Assembly (NCBI GenBank): GCA_964035545.1
Contig: OZ037765.1
Location: 12,906,698 to 12,970,697, forward strand
DNA: 64,000 nt
Direction of reading: 5' to 3'
DNA from: Bugula neritina
Taxonomy: Eukaryota > Animalia > Bryozoa
The notes beneath the pieces are model-generated. The model made no database searches. It was not told the origin of the DNA and worked only from the letters and a program-made list of their open reading frames with translations. This document shows, piece by piece, positions 1 to 13,620 of this stretch (positions are counted from its first letter, which is position 1; each line of letters opens with the position of its first letter). The position numbers and the translations under genes are program-made.

Positions 1-405
1 AAGAAACTGAAACTGATATTTTAATGATTATACATTTTTATTTAATTAATGTTGATTCGGAATAGTTTGCATGTACTGTATTAGTATATGTGTAGTTAGA
101 AAAATTAATCACCAGAGTAACCAATAGCTTGACATTTACAGTCATGGTGTCCTCAAACTTTAAAGCCATGTTTGCTTGTATCCCAGAAATGTATTGTTCA
201 ATTGCTAATATTAGTTTATATTATTAGTCGTAATACAAGCATTTCCTAATAAACAATATGAGGAAACGTTTGTAAAAATACTATAATATGAACTTGAAAT
301 ATAAATTTATTATAATATTTAGCCTTTATAGCTTCAGGTCATACTTGTTTATTTGTAGAGAATATTGGTATAGAAGTTATCTGCTTACATATATAAAGTT
401 TAAAA

Positions 406-3400
406 ATGGCTACCAGTGACTGCATCAGTAGCAGAAAATCACAGCGCATGAAAAGAAAAGCTGCTAAAATGACTGCATTGGTCAATTTATCTAAGCCAAT
501 GTCAGATGAAATGGACTCCAAATCTGCTAGCCATGAGCAAGTTGGTAGACTTTAAATTTTGTTTCAATCAGTTAAATTGTAATTTTCATTTTCCTGTTTC
601 TGCATTTAACAAAGTGTTTTTCTGAAAGTAGCATGTTATAATCCAAATACTATATAATTTTGTATGCACACCTCATAATGTGTTTGTACAGTTAATTCAA
701 CAGTTGGAACAGCAACTAAATGATAGCTCTGATGACCAATCACTTCCATATGCTGATCAAGGGGGTGAGGATGATGACTATAGCGCTGACACAAATATAT
801 ATTCTGCTTACAGAAAGTTGATGAATAAACGGCGTAAAATTGAATCGGTAATAAAACTTACCATTTTACTTATAATAATGGATTTATCTTCGAAAATAAT
901 TTACCTACAACATAGTTTTCCTTGTTTTTATGTTTGTCCCAAATGGCAATATGTTGCATCATTAATATAATCTCACATACTTTGTTTGTCGAATTGACTG
1001 ACATGTAACCATTTTAGTCTAAGAAAATGGTAACAATTTACATAGACCAGCCATTTCTCAGTCTACGCAGAAGAAAGAATCTTTTGTATAATGAGAGAGC
1101 AGCAGATCTGACAACTCCTATAGCACTTCATGCTTGTGATGTTCAACAGTTTATTATGTACACTCTCTTTGGTAGAAAGTCTATGTATATTCCCAGGTAG
1201 GCTGAATAGATTAATACTATTATATATCTAAATGTCTCTCTTGAACATATAGATAAAGTGTGTAGATCTATAGATCTAAATGTATTGAGTCTTTCAGTCA
1301 GTAAGGTCATTCTGTGATAACCTGCATACAAGTATCAATATAATAAGCTCACAAAAACCGCACTGGTAGAATTCCTCTCTATATTTCGGTTGTTTCATAT
1401 TCTTTTTTAAAATCAGTCTGTGAGTACTGAGTACTATTAATAATAGAACAGAAATTCTTGTTTATATGAATTTAATAGCGTAGTGAGCGTGTCTATTAGC
1501 CAGTGTAATTTACATGTATATGATAATTTTTATACTATCATCCACAGCATGCTAAAATTCATACAAGTTATATGATCTGAACTCTTGTTTGTTCTCACAC
1601 TTGTACTGCTTATAAAGCCTATATTTGTGTGCAATGTAGATGGTGCTCTATTCAAAACATCACAAGTATCACTCAGATGGTAGTAGTTGTGGTGGAAGGG
1701 GTTAGTTGGCTGGACATTAAAGTCTCTCGGCCTGCTTCTTGGCCTCACACAAATTCCTTGTTTGTGGACCAGGTAGGTCGTGTGTGTTTAAAGTGCAATG
1801 TCAAGGATATGTTGTGTTTTTAAATTGAGTAGTAGTTTGTATCAACTGATATAATATGATAGCTAAGAAGCTACTAGTTCTTTAGAGTTATATTATTGAT
1901 CAAAAAGTGCATTCCCCCTCATTTAGGCTGGCATAATTTGATAGCTTTTAAAGCAAAGCTATATGAAATTGAATTTACATGCAGTCGGCCTATGCTAATT
2001 GCTAACTACATTTCTTTTTAATTGTTTCTTCTAAACTTATTTTTAGTCAATTAGAGTGATCTCCCCCTCACTGTATGGTTCTAGCATGGAGAAAGAACTT
2101 TTCATGGTTCCTTTAACACCTTCGGAAATAGCCAACACACAGCCAAAGAACTGCACAGGTCTGTATAACTTTAGTTATGTCATTTACGCGGACATGAAAT
2201 GTAAATAGGTCTAGCAAGTTGGTAACTGTATAGTCGGTGATATTTTGTTTCAACAAACTAATGGTAGTATTTCAATATTGACTTTTGCAGGTTAACATGT
2301 TGTTTCATATTCCGTATTATTTACTTCTCATGCATTCTTATTTGGTTAATATCCATAATAAACTTAATTGTCGAAGAATTAGCATCAATTTGTAGTCTAA
2401 GCTGATAGTCACAACATGATATCTTGTAGTAGATAAACCGATAGCATATGCTGAAGATAAGGATGACCTGGAGTTGAATGCTGATCTTCTTCTGCAAGCG
2501 GAAGACTCATTCTCAAGAACTCTACTTTTATTATCATTGACTGACCTGGTTGGTGAAGGTTATCCAGTTCCTAGCCAATCGTGTTCTGAAGGTGTTCTGT
2601 CTTGTTTAGCTAATTGTATTATTCAGTTTGAGATAAACTAAAAAGATGTGAATATAATATATTGCTTTACTTTGTATTGCTATGCAAGATCGAAGCTTTT
2701 GAAAACCACAAAATTTGTCATCAGTTGAAGTTAATATTTTTTAATTAGATCTTAATCATTAACCTTACTTTTCAGGGACCTCTGTTTGCTTGCCCCTTTC
2801 CTTTCTTGTTGCGGTTTAATCTATTTTTTCTGTTAATATTTTATCTCTAACAAGCTTAGCAGAACTGCTTTTGCAATTTTACAAATTGAAATGGTTTTTA
2901 CAGCATATGTACCTGCTAATTAGTGTAGAAATTTCACCTGCAAGTACTTGCTTTCTCTATAATCATGGGTTTTATATATTAATGCAGAAAAAGAGTACAG
3001 AGGTTTTGTCTTCAGCAAAGAGGCATATGGGAAAGTAAATAGATCTAGCTCTTTATACGCACTGGACTGTGAGATGGTTATGACAAGTGATTGCAAGTTA
3101 TCTCTGGCCAGCATCTGTGTGGTGGATGAAAGTCTAAATGCTGTATACAGCACCTTAGTCAAACCGGAGCATGTCATCACAGACTACCTTACAAAGTAAG
3201 TTTCAACTTTTTATATTATCTAAAATAATGATAAAACTATGAAGTAAAATTTCAGTTCTGGTGTCAAATATAAAACAACATTTGGTTAGTCTAGATAAAT
3301 TTGTTCTCTGTGGTGATATACTATGAGAAAGTTGTTCCGGTTTTAAAGTTTTTAAGAGTAGAAGTATGGAGATATTTGTTGATTTTGCTAAAAGAAAAAA

Positions 3401-6400
3401 ATTAGATGTCGCTGCCAGCTAAGAAAAATTTTTGCTGTTGAGTAGAACAATTGTTGTTATTATGGCAATGCTAAGTCAATGTGTTATTCTATTTCTCTCT
3501 TGATAACTCTGATTAAAAGCTACAGGTTACTGCAATAAGTGTCATGGCATCTGTTTGAAAATATTTACCACAAAATTCGACATGCTTCACTTTTGAGAAA
3601 TTGGTTGACTCCCATCTGTGTTTGGGCAAGATTTTTTATATAGCTTTATAAAGAGACAATGCATACTGTTCTCCTGAACCTGTAATCTATCTGACTGGGT
3701 GGAGTTAAAAATAGACTACACCGTTCAAGAACCTTTGTGAATTTTATTCTCGAGTAGTTGCTAAATGTATGTTATTACTTGTAGTTTGAAAATAATTATT
3801 TCAACATACTACACAAGTTTGTTACTATTGGTGTTTAGCCATCTGTTCCTCTCTTCTCTCTCACACCTGGTTATTCAAATATGACCACTTGTCAGTTAAT
3901 TCTCATTAGGTTCAGTGGAATCACACCTGCCAGGCTGAAACACATCACCACCACTCTAGAAGATGTACAGAGAGACTTGCGGGAGTTACTTCCTCCTGAT
4001 GCCATCCTCTGTGGCCACTCTCTCAACAATGATCTTGTTGCTTTAAAGGTGACTTATCTTGGTAGTGTTCTGGTGTTTTGAGAGATTTCTCTGAACATCA
4101 TATAATGTGCTAACTGATAGTAAGAGCTGATTATAACAGCTGATACTGGAATCATAACCCATTCAGTTTTAGAATGAGTTGGGTGTGGGTTAGTTTGTGA
4201 AAATGTTTTGAATTGTCTTCCATATTTACTGAAGTATACTTTTGCATATAGACGGTAAAGGTTTTAATAATTTAGTGGACTTTCAAATGCAGTTTAGATG
4301 TGAAAATTCAAATGCAGAATAGATTACAAGTTGGCACTTATTTTTACGTTACATAGATATATATATAGTACAAGTAATGACAGGAGCATAGTGTAGATTC
4401 TATGCACTAATATCAACTATCAACTGATGTTTCAGATGTATCATCCTTATGTGATAGACACCTCAGTCTGCTATAATCTCAAAGGGATGGCTCATAGTAA
4501 AACTGGCCTCAGAAAGCTAGCAGCACACTTTCTCAGGTTATTTCTTACTTTCTGTTTTACTAAAAGAAATTTTGTATTGCACCAAATGTCTATGCGTATG
4601 TGGACTATCAAAGTTTATTCACATCAGCAGTAGGTATATACAGTTCTACAGTATAACAGTCTATACACAACAGTTGTACAGTATACGCTTATACATAATA
4701 TATACTCTATAGCTCTTATTAAAGTATATATACTGGGTGACTGTTAAACAGTGTGTTATACAGTATACAGCTATACAGTATGATTCAGAGCATTTCACTG
4801 TGGTTTCAGAAAAGAGATACAGTGTGGGGATGCAGGTCATTGTCCTGAAGAAGATGCCAAGACTACTATGGAACTTGTTCTGCTCAAACTTAAACTAAGT
4901 AAGAAGCTGTTCTAACATAATATATCTCTGGCAAATGTAGTATATCGTATACTGTTGATAAGTGAGTTAATGTAACTCTATTAATTTTATTGTAGGTTAT
5001 TCTTTTGCCAATGCCTTAGCTGATGGCTTCATGTCAACACCTTTAAATTTCTTCAAGCAAAAGAAGAATGTAGACAATTTGGACACTGATCAAGATACTA
5101 ATACTCCAAAAGTAAATGAGAACTTCCTTGTAACAGAATCTTCTCGACTCACTACACCGCCGCTTGACAATTCTCTAACTAACACTCCATCGGTTGCTGA
5201 TTCTGAAACTGGTGAACAAGATGGCGGTGTAATTACTAAACGGAATACATCTTCTGAGGGAAATGGTGACCTAGGTGATAATGTCACAAAAGCAACTATT
5301 AATGCTGAAATATGCCAACTTCTCTCTTTTAGTCCAAATACAATTCCTCAGCTAGAAATTAATATGTTCGATATGATGGGAAGCAGTGAGGATAAAAAAG
5401 GTGGGCAGTTATTTCCTGTTCTCTGTTTTTGAATCATTAGAATGTATTCAGTTCAAACTTTTTGTTTCTATTATTATCAACAGCTTTTATCTATGCTTTT
5501 GCTATTGGCAACATTTCCTTTTAATATCTCAATCTATCTTATTGGTTCATTTGTTAATGTAACATTGCAGTCATAGTGAGCTATTCCCATGTGAGCCATT
5601 ATTATTAACTTTATTTCAGCCGCAATTTGCACGAGATGTTTGCAAATGAGGAAACCACAAAACAAGTCTGTAGCAATAACTGAATCCTCCAAGACCAAGC
5701 ATATCATTGCAGATGTTAAGAATGCATTGCACTCTGACACACATTTTGTATATTGTAATATTGAAGACAAAAGTGGTTCTGGCGCCTCTAACACTTTATC
5801 CAAGGTTTGAATTCAAAGTTTAATTCTTACTTGGTAATAAGGCCACTAAATTTTTATGACTGTCTACATCAAGCTTTAATAAGTAGCTGGTGGAGGAAAG
5901 TTTAAACTCATAATTCATAAAATTATCAACTAGCTTTGACCTTTGCAAAACTTACTGATAGCAGCTTTATTTTGCTAGGGCCACACGTAGTGAGCTCTAG
6001 AACCTGCAGCGGGAGTAGCTTGTCACACACAACACGGGAACGAAACTGCAGTGGCTAATGGCATTTGCCAATGGCTTTACTGTTACATTTTGAAATCTCA
6101 ACAATGCACAATTGACTGGAAACTTAAATTCGAAAAGTAGGCTTGCTAAGTGATAATTAACTAATTACATGGCTGAAATTTTCGAAGTAATCATTCGGCA
6201 TTTTGTTTCCATGAAATCCTCACAGAATAACCCTATTGTTGCCTGTACGAAGTTTTTACTAGCGGTCTGTGTGTGAATCAGCTTTATGTGGTTCTAGCTT
6301 AAACTACAAGAAACACATTTTATTATTCCTAATTCTTGTGAGAACTTGATTGTTGAAACTTTCTAGAAATTTTTTTCCTCAAATCATGCCTGCAAAAAGT

Positions 6401-6846
6401 CTTTACTGGTGTCGCTGATAATGTTTGTAGGATTTCAACTACCTTATATGCATTATGCCTGCTAGAATATTTTCTTGTTTCAATTTAAAATTTTATCAAA
6501 ACCCATGCATTTCCTTTCATCATTTGTGAACTAATATACTCTAATTTCATTGTCTGTTTTATAATTTGCAGTTTGTTAAAACAAATTTGTGTATTATATT
6601 TTGTCATAGTGTCACCGTGGAATTTTTTAGAAGCGTGCCCTTCGAATGGATGATAGAATTGCAGAACTTTGGGATTGTATGGCACCTGGTGGATTGTTGT
6701 GCTTGGTGGCAAGTGGAAATGAGAAACACCACGGTGGATTAATGTTTAAGGCAAAGCCCCTTGACCTTGAACTTCCACAACAAAACGTTGCTAGTGATAG
6801 TGGTACCAGTGACGCTGTGTATTTATCAATGTATAACTGCACTTAG
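406..6846 (+). CDS. REXO5: RNA exonuclease 5 (REXO5/NEF-sp)-like DEDDh 3'-5' exonuclease, about 13 coding exons
   Basis: GT-AG exons at approx. 406-540, 692-847, 1018-1196, 1640-1772, 2047-2158, 2430-2591, 2988-3195, 3910-4048, 4436-4536, 4810-4897, 4997-5401, 5620-5803, 6631-6846. Translated motifs: ALDCEM (ExoI), GHSLNNDL (ExoII), YVIDTS, GHCPEEDA (ExoIII), and a REXO5-type N-terminal block PRWCSIQN...VVVVVEGVS. Confidence 0.82.
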
Positions 6847-7279
6847 CTACAACTTTACAATATTATCTTTTTTTACCCCATGATGGTTGTCAAGTGTGTA
6901 AAATGTTATAAAGAGGGACGACTTAATTTTAAATTGTATTTTCAAGAGTGAACTGCCACATGCAAGTCTGTGTTCATTTAGCAAACTGCTTTTGTAGACG
7001 TTGTATTATTTTGCTAATAAAACAGATTTGCTAATTAATACTAAATATAGTTGTAATTTGACATGTTATTGAATTGCTTTTAGTGCACTGAGATGCTAAT
7101 GGAATAAAGTGCTCACTCACTTGGAAATTGAAAAAATACTGATATCTCAGGAGGGTTCTGATTATTTCCACCTCCTCCACTCTGTGAAACAAATAAAATC
7201 AATAAACATTTATATTATTTTATGCTGAGGGTAAAGTCTAAGTTACTTCACATTTTATCGATTTAGTTTTTATTCAGGA

Positions 7280-7400
7280 CTTCATTAATTCAAGACCCCC
7301 ATTGATACCTGCACCCAAGAAGGAGGTCTATGCTCTATGAATAGCCTCTAAGCCTAAACTCATGTGTGCCTGGGAAGACCCTCTACCAAGCTGGCTTCTG
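7280..7400 (+). mobile_element. possible degenerate SINE central core (Nin-domain-like)
   Basis: GC-richer island TGATACCTGCACCCAAG...AATAGCCTCTAAGCC...CATGTGTGCC between two convergent 3' ends. The resemblance to Nin-type SINE cores is from memory only. Confidence 0.25.
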
Positions 7401-7821
7401 TGATAAATTATGCATTTTTGATGTTCATAAATGGATAGTTATTCTGAACTGATTCGCAATTATTTATTTTACTTGCTGATTTAGATAATAGTGAAACTTT
7501 TCATGCTTGTAGTCCCAATTACATTTTATTTGGTCAGGTTGATTAAATGGTTTAATGCTAAAATCTCTGCACAACATTTTTGAAAAAATTAGACCTTATT
7601 CAAGATTTATTGCACTAAAAACAACAAAAATAAATTATTTTTACACATCACAACAGTATGCACAGCAGATTAGTTCCTGTTGTACATTATAAAACCAATG
7701 ACATTTATCAACATTATTAAGAGTTGTCTCCCTTATTTAGTATTAATTATGTGTGTGGAGTGAAAATCAACATAAACCTCACAAGAAGTAGGTGCAAGTA
7801 ACTGTTAGAATTTACAAACTC

Positions 7822-10785
7822 TTAAAACATATTGCATTCATTCATATAAGGTGAGCTATCCTTTTTCGACCAGGCTGAGAGTGAATGCCATTTGCCAATC
7901 ATGGTAAATGGTGCAGACAGCATCTTAGTCCATTGCTCTAAGCCGGTACCTGCCGAGAAAAATGGTGGACCAAGTGAGACATATCCAATATGGCTTTTCT
8001 TTCCATAAGAGTTTTTGCCATTTACTGATACGATGATACATGATTGGTCAATCATTCTGTCTGGCAATGTGAAAACAAACATCTCGTCAAAAACTGGGTT
8101 GGGCATTGCTGGCTGTATTAGCTTTGTTTTCTCCTTGCAAATAACCTTTCCATGACCAATCATTGCAATCTTTACATACACCCCTGAAAAGAGAAAATCA
8201 TAATTATGCCACATACGCTTTTAGTTTTTTAGTCTAGAGCTATTGTATTTTCAGTGCAAAATCAGCTTTATGTAGTGTCGAAGCAGGTAGAAAGGTGAGA
8301 AGTAATAAATATTGTAGCTTCAGTCACCATTAATCCTAGGTTACATTTTGCAATGTCCACAACTGTATTCATAACTTAATAATATTATGTAATTAGAATT
8401 GATAATACTATTTAAAATACTATACTTATGCAAGGCTATATGATCCATAAACTAAATGTAGCTACTGCTTGAAGTGGCTCAATTGCTTGTGTTCATTTTT
8501 GCGTGAAAAATAGTTTATTAAATTTCGTCATTACAGCTGTTGTGTAAAACCTGCATATGCTATTTATAATAATAAGCTAACTCTATTTAATTTTGTTCTT
8601 TTAAACTCAACAAATTTAAATTTGTCAGCACTGTTGGGCATTGTTGAAGCAAAAAAATTTTGAGCTCTGGTAATAATTATTTGTTACTATTTACCATTGC
8701 TTTTTCATAGCAAATACAAAATTGTACAAAAGGGCGGAATTCCCACACATAAACGTATTTAATTTCTATAATTTTGTTTGCCATCCCTAATAGAGAGTAT
8801 ATTTCTATATTATAGCATATGCATGTATGGATATCAAATTTATTGGCAGCCTATATTCAATAATCATAATAAATAATAGCCATCTTTAATTATCAGCTAG
8901 TAGATGATGGTTGAATTTTAACAAAAGTGTAATGGCAGCAGCAATTTTATTTACTCAACTTCAAATTTAGTTGATTTAAAATTCTTACCATGATGATACG
9001 GCTAATTGTTGTTCAATTATGTGTGGAACATATGTAAATTGCTTATCGCACACTCAAGTTATTAATATTATCCAGTTTAGCTGCAGAACACTTGTGATAA
9101 TATGTAACCAGCTAATTATACATACATGCTATATATAAGTTACATATGCTTGAGCTCATAGATATTTATATAATATATCACAAAACCTACCATCATAACG
9201 CTTGTTATCTTGCTCTTTTATGTTCAGTTCAGATGCCCGCACCACATTGACTTTCACCTGATTGTCTGTAGGCTCATAGCAGACTGTTAGCATTAAATTC
9301 CCCAATTCACCAGATTGCTGAGGCTTCTAAATATACAGAAACATAATTTCCAATAAAAGTTTTGAATACTTCCAGCATGACTTTCCGATGAACTGTTCAA
9401 AGGGTGTTAATATAAATAGACTATACCAGTACATTAAGTGTAAAGTATATTATATGTATCTATATTAGAGTACAGTGTTATTTTATAAAATTCTTGTAAA
9501 GTAGTCTTTTGCTTTGTAAAAACTGTTGGTTATGACTGTACAAGTTTCACAACTACTGAAAGTAGTAGAATGGTATAATGATTGAATAGATTAATGATCT
9601 GTGTAATTCCTAATGGTTATAATCCTATCTAATCCTATACTTTATTTCTTATTTATCACTGATGCTGGTTTTAGTCAAGTATGCATATTACATGTAATCT
9701 CACTATCTAGTCAACAGAGAAACTTGCTTAAACTGAAAGGCTAAAAATCATAACATAGAGAAGGCAAAACACACCTCGCCATCTGGATATATGTGGCTCC
9801 ATATCTTCTTTCCCTGGTTCTCAGCCTGAAAGTCGCAAAGTTGATGATTTACCAGACCTAACTTCCTCCGCTTTGATAACTTGTCTATGGCAAAAACTGT
9901 GAGTTTTATGACATATTGGGAAAGCATGTAGTGTGCTACTCCATCCATAGCTATTGTCTCATCATAAGTGGGACTGGAGCTTCCGTGTTGTACAGCTGTT
10001 GCAGTTTTTGTTGTCTTCTTTTTCAATGGAGGAAAAATACTAACTTTAACAAAAGAGTCAGCCACTATGCAGTTTTGCTCTGGATTCCACAAGTTGCGAG
10101 CAGAAATTATGGTCACAGTTAGTTGTTCAAAATCAGAGTCATAAGACACACTATAGCATAACTTGCCATTAGAACTGACATCGTGCAAGAGCTCTGAGCT
10201 TTCATACATGTCAGAATCAACTTCATCTCTTGAGATATCAAAGCTACTCATACTGCTTCTCCTGGAGTGACTCGCTAGTTGTGCAACTGACAGTCGCTTG
10301 TTATTATATTTAGGTCTGGTTGATGGAGAAAGAGTTCCATGACTGCTACACACACTTTCGGTGGACTTATAAATTGAAGTGTCAACTAAAGATGGGTGGT
10401 TATTGTTGTGATTATCCGAAACAGGTTCGTTGCTGTGTTCTTCAATATGTATGATAGGTTCGTGTGCACTGCTGTGCATCTTTTCATTCGTGGGACTGTA
10501 AGCAGCGAATGGTTGCACTGGTACCATCTGCGTAAGTATAGGTGGGGCAGACTGCTTTCTCCTATTACTTGGTGGGCTGGGTATAAACTTATCATCACTC
10601 ATTGGTATATAGAAGTTTGGTTGAGCTAAATATGTGAATGTTGTTGTTCTAATGCTAGAACCACTTTTAGAGGCAAACGTTTTATTAGACGGAAGTATAA
10701 TTCTCACGCCACTATCTTCACTGCTTTTTCGTTTAGCGCAGCAGTTTTTACAGCACATATTCAAGGCCTTCTTAATATATTCCAT
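7822..10785 (-). CDS. synaptotagmin-like tandem C2A/C2B protein (SYT15/SYT17-like), no transmembrane helix
   Basis: Exons approx. 10785-9775, 9327-9191, 8184-7822. C2A: GKLCYSVSYD...LTVTIISARNL...DSFVKV...PTYDET. C2B: GELGNLMLTVCYEP...NPVFDEMFVF...GLEQWTKMLSAPFTMIGKWHSL. N-terminus MEYIKKALNMCCKNCC. Confidence 0.85.
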
Positions 10786-13620
10786 CTTTAATAAAACTAA
10801 AAATTAAAATATCATTATTATGCAATAGCTACAGAATAAATGAAGATTGATATTGTCAGTATATGAAAAATAAAAAATTGCATACCTAACTTTTTAAGTA
10901 ACTTATGGACACCTTAAAAGACAAAATAGTTGTGGGGTACCTATCAGAGTGCTGCAGGCTATAAACTTTATATAATTTGAATCATTCCTCACCTTGGCAA
11001 AATTTTATTGTATATTGAATATTATATATTAATATTGTTATATATTAAGTATTAGCAAATTTCAAAAAGAGTGTTTTGCACCATTTTCATATACACAATA
11101 TTGTTTAATACAACAGAAGAACAACTATAGTTACAACAAAATAACTTATTGCCTATGATATAATAACTATATATAGAAAATACTTATTTATCAAATAGGC
11201 ATACATACAATTTGTAATGCTTTAACAAATATATAATACATTATTTTGTATAAAACAGTTAGTGTGTTAGATTTAGCATGGAAATGTGTTATAAATAACA
11301 AACCTGAAGGAGTAAAGCTCAGCTCTTTAGAATAACAGAAGCATTAGAATGCTTCACTAATATACTTATAGATAATGACGTCAAGTTGATACGTTTGTTC
11401 AAGCAATCAACATCAAGATTCTGATCATTAACAGCCAATAGGAATTGACTCAACTCTTGAGGGATACATCACTTGTCTCCATTACATCAAACATGAAACA
11501 TGATTTGCATAATGAGATGTGGGTTAGGATTAGCATATGTTACAAAACTAAACAAACTAAACTACAAAAATGTTTGTCCCCGAATTTAATATCAAAGTTT
11601 TATTTTTTATATTTGTAATTTACCAAATCAATATAAAATGTGTCCAATAAGGTATTATTTACATGCTTAAGCTTACTGACTAAAAGTTTCCTTAGCTGAA
11701 AGCTAGTGACAAATGGCATTATGTTTGTTCATAACATTAAATTTGGCTAAAGGCATGTCTATTCAATTTCTCACCCAATGTAGTAGATTGTATATCAACA
11801 ATGCACTAGAACATACTTTATTCATTCCCTGTAAAAGAAATCATCTGCAAGGAAGTGAAACCTTGTGTTATAAACAGTAGCATAGGTAGTGATACTTTGG
11901 TTTTTATAAGTACTGCACTTGAAAATGTTGTTTGAAAATATGTCTCAGTTTTTATATTCCCATCACAATGTATTTATAGTTAAATATGCAATAACCAAAC
12001 CATAACATAAATATAAACCTTTATGCACCATACTTATATGCTACTGTATACATGTATGTCTGTAGACAAGTATCCCCAAAGTGAAGACTGGATGTTAATA
12101 CATAACATTGTAATAGTAAATACTTATCTACTAGTAAAAGCTGAAGCTTTATATTATTTAGAACAAAGTTAGTAATATATAGAAATTAAAATTAGGACAC
12201 CAAAAAATCTAAATATAAAGTAAATATATCTACTTCAGACCAAAAAAAACTATTTAATATTGACTACAATACAAGGCAAACTAAATGAACACATGCGTAT
12301 TAATGGCATCTTTCAGTCTTGGTATCTGGTTAGAACCTACTTTTAAAAGGACGATCTCCAGTTGTACTTTAATGAGTGAATGGCAGGAGAAATGTAGTGT
12401 TATGTTGCAAAATACACCTACTACATAGTTATATAACTTGAGCTACATGTTATAGGACATAAGATGGGAGAAACTAATATACCACTGATGGGGTTTGAAC
12501 CTTTACAACATCATTATACTTAGTAGTGTTAAGTGAGCACCCATCTATTGCATCACCAAACAAACACAAAAGAGGGTTGAATAAGGTGCTGACTGATAGG
12601 GAAGCAGAGGTCTCTAATACACATGACCACTTATCAAATACCATATGGTGTAAGGGTCTATGTCTCCATACATAATTTGCCAGCACAGCATAAAAACTGT
12701 GGCCACAGAATCACGTGTTAACATGATATACTACAAGTATCATAATGCAGAAGGGTATGAGAATGAAAGACGTAATAACAGCTGTACAGCTAATTTATTA
12801 TATCTCCTTCTTTCCTCCTTACAGGATACTTGGGACCTATAGCATCTACTTGACACTATGCAAGAGCACACCAGTAAACTACGTCAGCTCAGCTAAAAAG
12901 ATTAACCTGATGCCCAACATATTTGCAGTAATCCAGGAGGAGCAGTTCAAGCATGGTACCACATAAACATATGCATCCCATAGTTGGGTCACCAATTATG
13001 TAACTTAAAAAATTGAAGGCTTATATTATTAAGAAGTTAATAAGTAATCAATAGCGAAAAGTCAAGTTAACCAATCTTTGACCCATTGAAGAATTCAGCG
13101 AGAGAACGTCAATTGAAAAGCCTGATTAGTTATAAAATATCATAATTAACTTTATTATAATGAATATAATGCATTGAGCTTAAACCAGTCAACTGTACAT
13201 TAAATCAATATAAGCTTAATAAAGTAAAAAGTTGTTGGGCCTATTTAAATATAGTGCTCTATAGATCATTAGACTACTTTAAGTTCAATAGCAGAAATGA
13301 GGCCATAACAAAGATACATACAATACAGCAGCACCGACATAGTTTTCTGCTAGTTGCACATGATTACAAAAAAGTATGGCGAGATCTTTGGTTACATTGT
13401 AATACTAAATAAAATGTAAGAAAAGATTGTCAAGTAAGTACATGAATGATGATCAATGCTAATGGATGGAACTAACAAAATGTTTAAACCCTATTAACAT
13501 GCTAAATGTTACAAAGAATATCATAATATAGAAGAATATTGATATAAAAAACATCAGAAGAGTAACAAAAATATTTGTATACAGAACTATATTGCACATG
13601 CATGCTGTGTCCGGAGTGTC

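Noticed and set aside
4630-4785. TATACAG-rich palindromic stretch in a REXO5 intron
   Set aside because: Low-complexity degenerate repeat with no defined unit or termini.
12480-12560. tRNA-like B box (GGTTCAAACCCC on the - strand)
   Set aside because: No cloverleaf could be folded; at best an old SINE head.
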